From Marsupella aquatica (Eukaryota; Plantae; Marchantiophyta), in the NCBI GenBank assembly GCA_973895155.1, contig OZ316895.1, forward strand, positions 22,394,558 to 22,458,557: 64,000 bases of DNA, read 5' to 3'. The position numbers and the translations under genes were made by a program. Of this stretch, positions 1-13,500 are shown one piece after another. The notes under the pieces are model-generated. The model was not told where the DNA came from and did not search any database. It saw nothing but the letters and a program-made list of their open reading frames with translations. The first letter of the stretch is position 1. Each line of letters starts with the position of its first letter.

Positions 1-1523
1 CAATAAATAAGAAAACATGTTAGAAACACACGGAAATTGAATTCAATACGTAACAAACAGTCACTTTCTTCTCCAGGGCAATAAAACACATTCCAGTTCA
101 GAGCTTACGCCAAAGTGATTGGTGCCAAAAGTTGCATCAAATGCAACAGGTCCTTCATGACCAAGTTGAGCTAGCTTCTTCTGCTGCCAAGGAGATGACC
201 ACATGAGGATGAAAGGCTGGTTTTCCAATTTAATCTGTGGCTGATATAACAAAACTTGGTCGCCATTTTGAATGACCCACAATTGTATAGCTTGTGCTTC
301 GTCAGAGCAGTAATCCGGTTGCCGCCGTCGCATTGAGTCCCTCACTGTTTGGACATCTCGTGGAGTAAGCTGCATATCCCTGGACATGATGACATCTGCA
401 TCCTCGTCCGGGTGGTCTTTCCGCCATCTTGTAAGAATCTCTTCGAAGTGAGCATCAACAATTGCCCTGGCTGTCAAACCTGCTCTGAGGTAGCGTTCTA
501 TTTTAGTCCGTAGCTTCAATGAAATTCTTGGGGCTATGTGTGCATTTGCTTCAAAGGCAGTGGAATCCTGCAGGCCATGGCAAACCAAATTCTGTCTATC
601 CAAATGATCTTTGCGGATCCATCTGATCAATAGAGCCCCTGGACGATCCTCAAATTTTGTAGAAGTAAAAGAACATCTACATCCTCGGCGGACAGACATC
701 CCTGCATGCACGAGAGGGAGGAATCTATAGTTTAGAGGGAGGAAAAGATTCGCACAAAAGAGAGAGTGTTATAGTCAAACACTGATTTAAAGAGGAAATT
801 GGGCAGAATGAAACAAATGACAGCGAATGACTCATTGGAATTGAAGTGACCTGTTAATGTTTTCCTCTTTAGAAAAATGCCCGCCTCCTTAGATTTGAGT
901 TTCTCAGGGACCTTGGTTGATTTCCAGCCTCGGTAATCTTCTGGACCAAAGCAACAGCAATACAAGGTTGTGGTCTTGACCAAAGGGCCAGTTCTGTAGA
1001 TTCGGTTCTCCACCATGTGTCGGGTGGTGAACTGAGTGTGGAAATTGTCTCGCATGTTCTCACCCCATATAAAATCTGTAAGCCTAGCCTCAGGAATCCA
1101 AGCGTAATCCTGTTTAGATCCAAACCATTGAAGAGCAGTGTATTCGAATTCCCCAAGAGGCGGAATCTGAATTCTATCACATGTTGAGTAGGTACAGTGG
1201 CTTCTGCGTATAGTAGGACATTTCCGTGGAAGGGAATCGCGCTTCATATGTGCATCCTCGTCCAAATTCAGGTCACGCACATGCTGTTCAATGCCATCTA
1301 GTGCATGTGCTACACGGGGTGCTACAGCATTTTCCGTTGTACTGACCTTAAATTCATCTTGCACTTCGTCGAACCTGTGTACCGGCAAGAATTTTGTTCC
1401 ATTGTTGAACGCGAGCATCCTTTGATGCAAAAAAGCATCGGACATTGGCATAGGCCCAGTATGGGACGAAGAGCCTGCATTGCACACGACTTCCCGCTGT
1501 CCAAGTGCCGCCAAAGTAGACAT
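1..1523 (-). CDS. MULE transposase-derived / SWIM-zinc-finger-family protein, 5' part only (continues off the left edge)
   Basis: Probable ATG at 1523 (MSTLAALG). Exon 1523-851 (donor AG|GTCACT) splices in frame to exon 701-109 (donor GTAAGC). Motifs WIPEARLTDFIWGE, YCCCFGPED, RRGCRCSF..H..CHG (FAR1/WRKY-GCM1-like Zn domain) and AFDATFGTN (first acidic residue of the MULE DDE domain). Confidence 0.75.
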
Positions 1524-3249
1524 GACACCAGTGAAGTCAGCAGTTAGCACGAGACGACTGCACGCGAGAGAATGACGAACTACCAATTTGCAGAACATTC
1601 CATTCCTCATGCGAAAATGTGAATGCTGTGGCAGGGAATGTGCAGAATGCCTTGCAGTCCGCCAGCACGAGGAATCAGCGAAACTCTGCAGACTACACCC
1701 ACGTTCTCTGCCATTCCAATCCCGCTCAAAACAAACTGTATTCATGTTTGAATGAGTACAAAGTAATGGTCAATTTTGACAAAGTATTGTCACGGCATGT
1801 ACATACAATTGAACAAGGGCGAGTGTCGAAGAGCAGCCCGCGAGGCGATGGCTTGGCGGGTTGGCTGAAATGGGCCCGGAATACTGCGCCAAGGCGATAG
1901 GGACAGCCCGGTCTTGCCCCTTTGGGAAAGGTGCCCAGAGGCACCTCACGGCAAGGGACAGGCTGCCCGGAAACACCACTGACTGCAAAAACTGGTAATC
2001 GCATGTAAGCAGGCTCGCGTGACTGTAATCCATCCTGTATCGATGCATTAATGTGCATCGATACTAGGGATCGCGCTGAATCTTTTCAATGTCAGGCTTC
2101 CTAATCAATGTCCTATTTGTATTTGCCACAAAAAAATTAGATCACCTGTATTTCACTAAAAAACTTTAACTTTTTGCTAGAGGACAAAATAACTTTTCAT
2201 GTTCCAGGATGAGTATCCTATATATAGGAAACATCAGTAGTTTGCTTTGTTGACTTCAATTTAGTCTATATGTGTGGTTTGGACCAGTTCACGGTTCTTT
2301 AAACTGATTTGTACATGCTCGAATGGAATTTATGCACATTCTGCACTTCAGTTGTGTTCTGTTCATGAAATTTGTCTTGTTGAATTGGAGCCAAAACTGT
2401 CCCCCTCAGTTTCATGCAATTTCTCGGGAAGAAAACATTGCCTTTGTAGGAAACTGCACAAGCTAAGGATCCTGCACTTATCTGTACAAGTGCATGTTCA
2501 AGAAAGTGCATTCAGACCCTTATTGTGAAGTGAATTCAGTGCATAAGTGAAGGACCAAAAGTGTCCCTAGAAGATGCGCTTAGACACTGTTCACTGTACA
2601 AGCAAACTAAAGTGTAAATTTTCCCAAATAATTGCCCGAGGGCTAATATTTGGACATTTCCTCATATAGAAAAACTCTAACATGCCCTTTATTAATTTTT
2701 TTACACTAAATACTGCCCAGAAACTTGACTCTAACTTGCATTGAGGTCCTGACCAAAGGCAGCCCTCTGCCATTTATTTGGACAACTCTTGAGACAGAGT
2801 AATTCAATTAGCTTCCAGTCGTGTCTGATTTATTTTGTTTCTTTAGTGTCAAGTCAAACAAAGTCAACATGGCCTCTAAAGAAAAGATAAGTACCTCATA
2901 ATGTAGAGCCCAACTTATCACCTTTTCACTAGATGCGATCTCATGTGCAGTCCATAGACCATGAAACTAAGTAGCTGTACATTTCATTCATGGTCTGGGG
3001 TGCCATCAGGTTGTCTAAGCTGCATTCTACACTCTTGAACAGTGTAGCATGGTGGATATCAGATACTATGAATAGGAAACCAGACACCATCACCTTGCTT
3101 CACAAACCGTTGCAATATGATGTCCATATGACAGACGGGAATCAAACATCTCAATTTTTGCCAAACTGCCATCCCCTACTCTACTCCCTCTCACTATCCT
3201 ACACATACACAAGGTAATTGTATGTTAAAACACTTAGAGACCTCAACAA

Positions 3250-3880
3250 CTATTTCTTTTCAATATTCTTAGTAGCAATAGAGGAGAAATTTATAGCACC
3301 CCCAATCTATCCCTAGGGTCCAGCTACAGAGCTTTTCCCCTGGTAGCCCATTGTTGTCCAGTTTTCAACGCATCCACTGGCTGTTGTTGAGATGACTCGG
3401 GGATCTTGAGCTATGGGCAGCTGCCTACAAACAGTGACAACGGCACCACCAGCGAGCCAAGGAAATGGAATGCCGGGATCACCCACCCTGGGCGCACCTC
3501 GTAGAAAGCCATCAACCTCTCCTATGCTTTGCTTGAATGCATCACTTCCCTGGTGCTACTATCTGTCCCTTGGCCTGGAGGAAGTAGCGATGGATCTGAA
3601 CTAATCATGACTAATTGATGGCTTGTGAGGATTCTTAGAGCACATACTCCCCAGGTTATATCTAATTTGCATTCCTGCCACCCCAGATCGACCAGCTTTG
3701 GTCCCCTATTTCTAGCCCCCAACCCGTGTCTAGTCGCACCCACAACTTTTGATTTGTGATGCTGCACATTGATAGCATTGCGTTCAGGTCTTTTTGGGAT
3801 ACCAAACATCTCTCATGACTGCCTTCCTTAAGGTGGCTCCTTGGACTTAGGGATTATTGCAATGGGTCCGAGACAAATTT
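3250..3880 (-). pseudogene. Highly degenerate non-LTR (CRE-like) reverse-transcriptase fragment
   Basis: Broken minus-strand frames give INVQHHKSKV, GSDAFKQ..LRGAPRVGDPGIPF and G*IGGAI, which resemble post-RT segments of CRE-clade elements. Many stops and frameshifts. Confidence 0.3.
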
Positions 3881-3912
3881 CTTAGTTCCCCAATCCCATT
3901 ATGGACTTTCTA

Positions 3913-4383
3913 TTCTTCTCCATAAAAGCAAGGCAAATTACAAAGAAAAGTCACAAAGAGCACTGCCAATGTAATTATTGTTGTTTACATAGTATTGTGG
4001 GGCAGAACACCCCTCAAAGAGAGGATTTTAGGTCAAGGATTGAGAGGCTATTACAACCCAAAATGCTCTGGTACTAGAAAGTTCATGCACCTAAGGACCT
4101 ACAAGTCCTTCAAATTCCACTATTCTTAATAACATTAAAGGAGAAGTTTCATAATTCCCCAATCTCAATGTAGACTGTTTGTTCTTCTACTTTAAGGCCA
4201 AGTTTGAGATTTCCTTAACTTCAGTCTAGACTGTCTTTTCTTCTCCATGAAAGCATCAAAATTACAAAGAGAAGAATCACAAAGGTCATGAAAAAATAAT
4301 TAAGTGTTATTTACAGGGTATTGTGGACCATAACAACCCCTCCCTAAAAGAGTGTTTTAGCTCGTGTTTTGAGGGGTTGTTAT
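3913..4383. repeat. Degenerate direct repeat (about 140 bp, about 325 bp spacing)
   Basis: ttcttctccat(a/g)aaagca..aattacaaaga..tcacaaag..tttaca..gtattgtgg..acccctc at 3913-4053 and 4238-4383. Confidence 0.6.
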
Positions 4384-4945
4384 TGTTGCTTGTGATGTTT
4401 TGGTAAAAGCTCGGGGGGGGGGGGGGTTCCATGGAAGTGGCACATCACGTGCAACGAAGTATAGGTCCATTTAAATGGGTGCAAAGGAAGACTTCCAAAG
4501 TTTGGTGGAAGAACACATAGGGCATATTTTATTGACTGGTCAACGTTAAAGAACACATAGGTATATTTAATGGTAAAACATACTTTCTTTAAACTTTTTA
4601 GGGATTTTTTAATAAAAAATGGCAAAATTTTAAAAACAAAAGGGTTTTAAAAGATAATAATTTTCATTTATAAGTTAGGGGGTCAAACCCTAAAATGTTG
4701 TACATGATGTTATGACCCTCCATATAGTATATTCCTCTTCATAAATGCAATAAATTGAAAAATCACCAAGTGTACTCTATCATACTTTGCAATAGGGGTC
4801 TCATTGTAAGCTGCAGAATTATAAAACGGGAATGGGTGGTATCTGCTACATGGGCCCTGGTCACCACTTACATGCCCCCTAAGATGCAGCAAAACAAATA
4901 CCCGGGTTCTTATCAAGTGTAACCTTGGGCAGCGCGCTCAAACTA

Positions 4946-6897
4946 TCTCCCTATTAACTCCTATAATACACAGTTGCGCCACTTTTTAGAGTGATCATCA
5001 TTCAAATTTGCAGGGCTCAAAAATTAAAAAATCTGACCAAAAGAAGGAATAAACCAACGAATTATATTTAATGTGAAGTAAAGAGTGACACGTTTGCCAA
5101 GCGAGAAATAAAGGGGAATTCCAATGCACTATAATCAAGTACTTTATGGACCATGTGCGTATAGTACTATCCATGCATAGGATAGGAAACCATCCATGCA
5201 TACAAATAGTACTCTCCATGCCTAGACATCCATATCAAGTACCCCCATGATAATCTATGTCATACAAGGAGTTTATTAGATAATGTGACAGAAAACATCA
5301 AACCAAAAAATAGTACAAAAGGTCTAAAAGAGGGGGGTTAAAGGTTTACAAGGAATTAAAAAATGAAAATATAAAGACACAAACTATTCTTAACTGGTGA
5401 TACTTTGTGATTGTTGTCACTCATGTTTGGCCTCATGATATATTTTACTAGATAACAGTTTTTGGACAATGAGATCTTTTTAACCAGAAAATCTTTTACT
5501 CAATTATATATTTTGTGCTACGATATGTTTCTTAATAACATCTTTAGTAAAATGGCATTCATTATGCTTTGGCATCTTTTGCTAGCTATATCTTTTATTA
5601 CTTAGACATATTTTGCACAATGATGTCTTGTACTTAATGACATCTTTTGAGCAAGAACATATAATTTATTGACATTTTCTGCACATCTTTTCCTTAAGAA
5701 CATTTAATGCAACAACATGTTTTACTTCACAATATCTATGACTAAGGGCATTTTTTTACTTGACTACAGCTTTGGAGTCAGGACATAGTTTTATTTGACA
5801 ACATCTTTGATATTATAACAACATCTTTTTACTTGACCACATCGATCTTGGACATAACAACATTATTGGCATCACGACAACTTTTTAGTTGACAACATCT
5901 TTTACTTGATGACATATTTTTTTATTTCACAACACCTTGGCGACACTATTTCTTTGAACTTGACAATATCTTTGACATAACAACATCTTTGGCACCCCTA
6001 CATCTTTTTACTTGGCGATATCTTTCACATAACAACATCTTTTTACTTGACAATATCTTTTTACTTCATGACATTTTTGGCGACACACATTATTTTTTCT
6101 GAACATCTTTTTACTCCACAACTTTTTTTTTATGCCATCTTTTTACTTCGTGACATCTTTTACATAACAACATCTTTGGCAACACAATTTCTTTTTTCTT
6201 AACAACATCTTTTGTGCAACGCACCGGTTTTCTTCACAACATCTTGAGCAACACGACATTTTTTTCTTAAGAACATCTTGGGTGACACCACATCTTTTTT
6301 TCTTAACGACATCTTGGGTGACACAACATCTTTTTTCTTAAATAATAACATCTTGGGTGACACAACATCTGTTTTTCTTAATAACATTGTAGATGACACA
6401 ACATCTTTTTTCTTAATAACATCTAGGGTGACACGACATCTTTTTTTCTTAACAACGTCTTGGGGAACACAACATCTTTTTTCTTCACGATAATTTTTGT
6501 GCAACACATGGGTATTTTCTTCACGACATCTTTTGTTCTCAACAACTTCTTGGCCCACACAATGTCTTTTGTTCTCACCAACATCTTGGCCAACATGACG
6601 TCTTTTGTTCTCAACAACATCTTGGCCAACATGACATCTTTTGTTCTCAACAACCTCTTGGCCAACATGACATCTTTTGTTCTCAACAACCTCTTGGCCG
6701 ATACGACATCTTTTGTTATCACCGGCATCTTGGGCGACACGACATCTTTTGTTCTCAACGACATCTTGGGCGACACGGCATCTTCTTTCTCAACGATCTC
6801 TTGGGCGACACGACATCTTCTTTCTCAACGACCTCTTGGGCATCACAACATCTTGGCGTCACAACATCTTGTGCGTATCACACGGGTATTGAGTTAG
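4946..6897 (+). mobile_element. Non-autonomous Helitron-like element carrying a 33-bp array
   Basis: Candidate 5' end A|TCTCCCTATTAA at 4946. 3' end has a decayed hairpin ttGTGCGtatCACACggg (6869-6886) followed by TTAG|T (6894-6898), the Helitron CTRR|T terminus with a C>T change. Confidence 0.55.
5450..6870. repeat. Degenerate ~33-bp tandem array (ttttgttctcaacaacatcttggccaacatgacatc-like)
   Basis: Near-perfect units at 6530-6780 decay leftward. The 33-bp period explains the repetitive ORFs on both strands (TSFVLNNILAN / RTKDVMLAKML). Confidence 0.9.
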
Positions 6898-6900
6898 TGA

Positions 6901-7243
6901 TCTACTAATAAGCAGGTCTGAGTTTCTTTTATTCCGAAGTTGAAGGTAGAGAGACCTGCAATTGACAGAAACTTTCCTGCCCTTAGGACCCTTATATATC
7001 TGCCACCAGGCTTGGCACATGAGAGGGTGCTGCCAGGAAAGCCTTGGACATACACATAGTCACACTACTCCAGTTGAGGCCGCAATTTGAGAGACTTTGC
7101 ACATGGGAGGTGGGCCTCAATCTCATAGTCAATACCCCCTAATTTACAAACCAAATTTCACTGTCCCAGGAATTGCACATCAAAATGTTACAAATAACAC
7201 TATGCTATTGGGCCGGTGGGCCATGTGTAATGGACCACACTAG
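6901..7243 (+). mobile_element. Second short Helitron-like element (a further 3'-end-like motif ends at 7292)
   Basis: A|TCTACTAATAAG at 6901; hairpin GTGGGCCAT-gtgta-ATGGACCAC then CTAG|T at 7240-7244; another hairpin-like TTGCAC..GCGCAA plus CTAG|T at 7268-7293. Confidence 0.45.
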
Positions 7244-7714
7244 TCCTCGTACCCGCATTTCAATAACTTGCACACGTCAGCGCAACGACTAGTCTAAGGA
7301 CCATTCCGTACGTCAATTTTCTTATTGACCGCGGTCAAAGGGTCTTTCCCGCCCGACGAACCCTCGGTCTCTGCTGTTAACCGAGGGTACCATGTCAAAT
7401 ATTCCTCCCCGCCGTCCGGTACCTGCTGTCTCTTCTGTTTACCACCGGTTTTAATCGTTTGAAGACAGTCCGTAGTCCGGACCCCGTCTTCCGCCCCCCG
7501 CCCCCGCCTTGGCACATTCTTTCGTCCCAGGTCTCTCTCGCCTTCTGTCAATTTGTGGGTACTGTTCTGTCTCCACTACTCTGTTCTGTCTTTACTACTC
7601 CGGGTGTTCTGTCTTCTGTTCTGTTTTGCTCTGTTTTGCTCTGCTTTGTTGTCCTCTACTGCTCTGTATTTCTCAGGGACATGAATTGACGCAGTGCGAA
7701 GCCCACTACAGACT

Positions 7715-8160
7715 CTACCCTTCTCTGCCATTTGTGGTATACAGGGCTTTTGTGCTGTGGTGTGTCATCAATTTCCAGCTGCCCTGTTTCGCTCAGTCAT
7801 GCCAATGCTACGGAAGCGTTTTCATGGAATTGGGTACTTACAGAACTGGGTACAGTAGTTCTCCCGTGGGGCCTTCGGGCATTGCGAAGCCCTCCGTGGT
7901 ACTGTACTCCTCTCTGCCAGTTGCGACTTCCTTGCTGTGGTGTGTCATCAATTGGTTCCAGCTGCCCTCTTTCGCTCGCAGTGGTGTCATAGATGCCTTG
8001 AAATGTTTCATGGAATTGGGTAGCTGACAGAATTGGGTAGAGTACAGCTGTAGTAAGTTATCAGTCGTAGCTCTCGGCGGGCCTATCGAGGATTGGAGGT
8101 GCCGGGGCCTTCTAACACATTTGTCTGTATCCTGTCCTGATTGTAGTGTGTCATCGATTA
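7715..8160. repeat. ~180-bp tandem duplication (2 copies plus a partial)
   Basis: tgctgtggtgtgtcatcaatt..ccagctgccct..tttcatggaattgggta..acagaa.tgggta at 7753 and 7933; partial copy at 8146. Confidence 0.8.
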
Positions 8161-10529
8161 TTACAACTGGTTCTCAGCTCTGTCCCTATTACCGTACCCA
8201 GAGAAAGGCAGATGGGCGAGGTTGGAATTCGGACCCTGATTTTGTTTGCATTTATCAGAGTCAGAGTTATGTTAAAGGAGGGAGTGAAATGAAGTGATCA
8301 TTGCTATTAAACCCCCCAAAACGAGTAAATTCTGGCATCATATTTCTGAGAATCATGAATGAATGAAAAAATGGAGTGAAATGAAGGGTGATCACTCTGA
8401 AGCCCTAAAAAAGAGTAACTGTAAATGCTCTCATTGACACAAATTGACTCATCAAACTTTGGTTGGAATAGCGGGGCACTGTTGTGAACTGGAAATTGTC
8501 TCATTCTGGTTGTTTCATTCAGTTCTAGCAGAAGTGTTGAAACAGTGAAGCATTGTTGTGAAATTGTCTTATTGCGGTTGTTTTGTTTCATTCTGCTCTA
8601 GAGAAGTGCAGAAGTGCCACTGACTCAGAGGAAGACATCCCTTAGGTCTTCTAGCAGTTTGAGCCCCTATTCAAGTCGTAAGTATTTCAACGGAGAGGAG
8701 ACCCTCAACCCTTCTAATAATGATTCCAGCCCCTATTCAAATAGCCCTCCTAGTAGTAGTTCAAAGGAGTGTCCTCGCTCAATTTGGATCCTTTCGGAAT
8801 CCCTTCTATTAATTTTAGCCCTTATTCAATTCCCGAGTAGCCCCTCTAGGAATCTCAACCCTATTGGAATCCTGAGTGGTTGAACGGAGAGAGGATTCGT
8901 CAACTTTGGGATCCGTTCCTACGTAGGAGTCGACCTACCCAACTCCATTGGATGCTGTGTGTGGAGGGAGGGATGCACCGTCGGTGGAAAGGGAATCATG
9001 GTCGTGGATTGTACGTTTTGGTTTGAAGATTAACAGAAATCGTGGAACAGCCGAGGAATGGAAGATGCAGAGCTGATGACGCGCAGGCGATGTGGACTCG
9101 GGAAGATGTGCCGCGGCTTGTCCTTCTTTTCTCAGGTTGGTAGATAGTTGTGCTCAATTTGCAGTTGAATTTGGAGCAGTGAAGACGGCCGAGTGAGTGC
9201 CCGATGGAGATCAGTTCGATTCTCTGGCATTGGGTGTAGTGGATGCTGTTGTTGCGGGTCGAGGAGGCGGTCAGAGGAGAGGGTAGAGCATTGGAGAAGA
9301 GAGAAGGACGTTTCCCGTGCCCCAGGTCTCTTTCGCTAGTCCTCTTGTCTCATCTCACTCCACTTGTTTCGAGTACTACACTTCCTCGTTTTCTTCTTCT
9401 GTTCCAATCGCTGCCTCAAGGACATGTACATATTGATGCAGACCTTTAGTGAGCCATCTGCAAGCGAGGTAGGTGTGCAAGCTTCTTTAGTTAACTACGG
9501 TTTTCCAAAGTTTTGATATTTTAATGGTTTAATCCACCATCCTAATTCCAGTAGCCGGAAGTCTTTCTATTTCCTAAGTTGTCCGCTCTATGTGACTTGT
9601 CATTTGTTGATTCATCTAATTTGGGTTTCGACCTTCTGAGGGCAGCGTTCTAAGGACTCTTTCTGCATTTATTACAGTACGAGGCATAGTAGGTTGACAT
9701 CACAGTCATGGATTGTCCGATTTAATCTGGAGAATGGAAAGGCGAGAGAGATTTTCATGTTATCTTTGTCTTCGAAATTACTCTGGATTTCTTGAGGGCG
9801 AGATGTGCCACGAGGTGTTTTTTGGGTATTTGATGGTTTTTATGTATTGTATATTTGCGGTCCAGTTAGGGTCATTCGAGTCTGCTTACCGACTGGCAAC
9901 CCTGATGGAGACTCCTGCCATTCTTTTGCATTTTGGGATGAAGTTGATTTTGTTGCGGGTTGATCCGGGGCGGAGGAAATGAGAGGGATGAGATTTTAAA
10001 TTTTAATAGTTTTGTTCCCTCACCAAAGTTTTGATATTTGATCTGGACGAGGGTATCCTTGCTGGCTCGTGCTGTTTCTGTCGGACTTGTTGGCAACACA
10101 CGATGATGAGACAAGGTGTCTTTTCATTTCAGGAAATTGATTCATCAGGTGGTGATTACGTCGCTGTTTCCGACGAATAAGTGCTCCGGATCTCGTCATG
10201 TCATAAATTTTTGACTTGGTTGATCTCACTTTGGCGCATCTCATCAATTTCCCGGATACTCTGAGGAGCCCAGGTTCCTGGGCTTGCCGACTCGGTAAAT
10301 GATTCGAGGTGGCCTCATACTTCCCAAGTTTTGTAGAAGAGGATCAGAAGAGGGGACAGAAGAAAATCAACCCTCGACACCGTCGAAGAAGAAATTAAGC
10401 TTCCTGTGGATCAGCTTACAATCGGGACGGCTGCTACTCCTATATAGCAGATTACGACGCTGGGGAGACGGCTATTGCAGGAACGGAATCTATGATAGAG
10501 AAATTCTAGGGGCACCTGTGCAAGCAGTC

Positions 10530-13500
10530 ATGGACCAGATAGGGTTAGGGCAGCTGAAGAACGTGAAGCTGACGGTATTGATGCTGGGGATCTTGAATGT
10601 AGCTACCCTTGCCACTGCCGTGGTTGTCGCCTTCGGCACTTCACACGCGCATTGTTCCTGGAATCTCACATTGGCTGCAGTGATGATGGCTCTGGGAGCT
10701 GCATTGCGCCTCATTTGGATGTTTGGCATGGGTTTTGCTCAGGCCGTCACTGCGTCCACTATGATTGCCGAGGAAAAGGATACCTTTCCTCCACCTAACA
10801 GCACCGTCACCAAAAGTCAGCGCCGAGTAAGCATTCGAAAATGTCAGATCGTTTCGTCGACATCAGACGTGTCCTTTGTCTTTGATAGATTGTTGATACC
10901 AGCTGTGTGTCTGCGGGCAAAAGCGAAAGCAAACATTCGAAAAATCATTACTTTGCTCACAAGCACTCCACTACACGTGGGAGTAGTTGAATTTCTCCAA
11001 CTTAGCTCATATCCCGTTATGCAACTGCTCCTTCCTGTAGACGAACAATCCTTTAGGTAGTCCAGTTAATCATTGCTGACACGAACTAATCGGCCAAGTA
11101 CTCGGGGTGGGATTGTTGTGATGGACGGCGTTGGCGCAGCGGTGGTACATGCGGTGGTTATGGTGGAGTCGACTTGGAACCATCATGACAATGGTTCAAG
11201 TTTTTGTTCTGTCATATTTACTTTGGTTCCTGGCGAGGAATGTCACTATAAGGGATCGGCATGTCATATTCTGTTCAAGAGGTAAAATTGCAGAACCCGG
11301 AGATTGATCCTCTCTCCTCAAAACCCTCCCTTCCATAATTTGAAGAATTTCTTACCTCCCTTCCGGAAGTAAAGATTCTTTGAAATAATCTACTGTAGTA
11401 TGTGTCTCAAGGTTGCAGCAAAGCCAAATGGTCTAACGGGACACGAGAGATACGGGACACTAGATTAAAAGTATTGGAAGGGCTCACGACGTACTGGCAT
11501 CGTTGCAGATGACGGGCACCTGGAGCAAACATGGCTTATGGCACTGATGGTGGCTCTACCAACAATGGGAGGCATCATTGTGTTCGCTCAGTGCTGTGTT
11601 GGATCAGATGTCTTGGCATGGAGATTACTCTACGATGCACATTATGAAGCATGGAGAGCCCATTATAGACAGATGTTTGATTACGGTATTCGTGAAGTGC
11701 TTTGCTGTCTGGGAAGAAGACGTTATATGTAAGTGGTGTGGCGGATATTCGATATGAAACCTTTTTTCAGTTTGTCCATGGCTCATATACCTAACTCGCC
11801 TTTACATTAAAATACCGATATCCCTGAGCATAGGACTATAGTCGTCTCCAATTCATTCATCGGTAGGGCAGCGTGAAATCACGTATTGCATAACATCGTA
11901 TACCCTCCAGTGGACTCCTGGGGCATAGTGCTAATGAGTTAGGAGTCAGTTCGCTGATTTACTTTTGTCTACGTAAAACAACAGGAGCGTTCTGGAGGAG
12001 GACGAAGTTGATTCAGTCGCAGCCTTGCTGGGTGATTTGGTGGCATATCGTGCTGCAGGAGCGAGCCATTTGGAAGTCATTGCAGGTATTCGTAGTGTCT
12101 TTCTGCAACTACACAATATTTTGTTTTGCAACACTCTGATATTCGAGTTGCATTTCTCGATGTATATAATATGGGGAGAGCTCTGATCACGTACGGGATT
12201 TTCTTAAGGCACAATTGCCTACTCGAAGGGTAATGCGCCATATGAACAGTGGCGTGGTGCAATTCTGTTTGCACATTTGTTTGGTTCTTGTGCTGTCCGC
12301 ACAACAGTCACGTCCATTGTACCCTGTCCTGGAGATGAGAACTGAAGTTTACCCGTGCTGTTAGGTGTTGCCCTCCTGAGGCAAGGAAATACAAAGGTCT
12401 CTCCCGAGGAAGAGTTCCAAGCAGCCCCCAGTAAACTTATCACTGAGGCAGCTGTTCTTCATCCGTATGCAGTTGCTGCGTATACGGTAGTTACACTTGA
12501 ATTTTGGAACCAGAGTCTCCTTCATATCCAAGTCAATATTCAGTTGGTACAGGGTGCAGGAAAATTGTAAAGAATAGCGATTTTTTGTTCTGTTGATGAT
12601 TTTTACCATCTTTTAGCAGTACTGGACTCCATATGACTGCAAAGATTGGCTGATTATCTTTGAAAGTGCAATAACTAGCTACAATATCTGGACAGGGCCC
12701 GCTGCTTGACGTAGGGCGCCATCCCTTTACCTTTCCGTGTGCCTGGCTTTACCGTCAAGGGGTGCTGACTCCGTGGAATCGTAACAGGTCAGTTGTACCT
12801 ATCTCATGGGAAACTATGCCTACATCTGTTCTTGTTTTTGTAGTTGATTACCATCGACGACTTGACAATATACACGGCCTCTATGAAAGAGAGTCGAAGA
12901 GTTGTATCTTGTTTTCTACACTACCAATCTTTATTTTCTGAAATGTTATAGTTGTCTCCACTCCTTTCATAATAAACAAGTCCCTAGGGTAGCTTTGTTC
13001 CCTTATTCAGTCAAGTTTAAGCTTTGTTGGTTTTGATTGGTAAGTGTTGAGACGAATAAATGTGTTGTGGATCGTCCTTCTCGACCCTCGATGTTCTGAT
13101 TTGTATCCATGACTACAGGCGTCCAGCTCTTGAAGGGGACAATTGGTGGAGAGGACACGCAGCTGCATTTTTGAGGCATGCTCAGTTGCCCGCAGAGGCC
13201 CTCCGTCAGGGTAGAGTTTTACAGGTAAATGCTTCTCCCATGCAGGATGTCTGCATCGTTTGGAATGAACAATGATTCTATCTACAGAAAACAGGAGGAC
13301 TCTAACCAGAAGCGGCATGTTTAACATGCAGACAAACAGGGAATCGGTATACTTTGTTGTGGTCGTGAAGCACCTTCGGAGTGTGATTGTCGCAGTCCGT
13401 GGTACCGAAACACCTGAAGATCTTATAACAGATGGTCTTGGCAGAGAGTGTGTTCTCACAAAATCGGATCTACGTGGGATTCTAGAGTAAGCAATTTTGT

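Noticed and set aside
5450-6870. CRISPR-like appearance of the 33-bp array (also the array at 26206-26602)
   Set aside because: Units are contiguous or degenerate without unique fixed-length spacers, there are no cas genes, and the context is eukaryotic.
6199-6897. Repetitive ORFs on both strands (e.g. 6460..6897, 6423..6776)
   Set aside because: A by-product of a 33-bp (multiple of 3) tandem array; no protein family signature.
7509-8027. 172-aa Cys/hydrophobic ORF
   Set aside because: Built from a TTCTG-rich tract and the 180-bp duplication; no ATG start and no domain.
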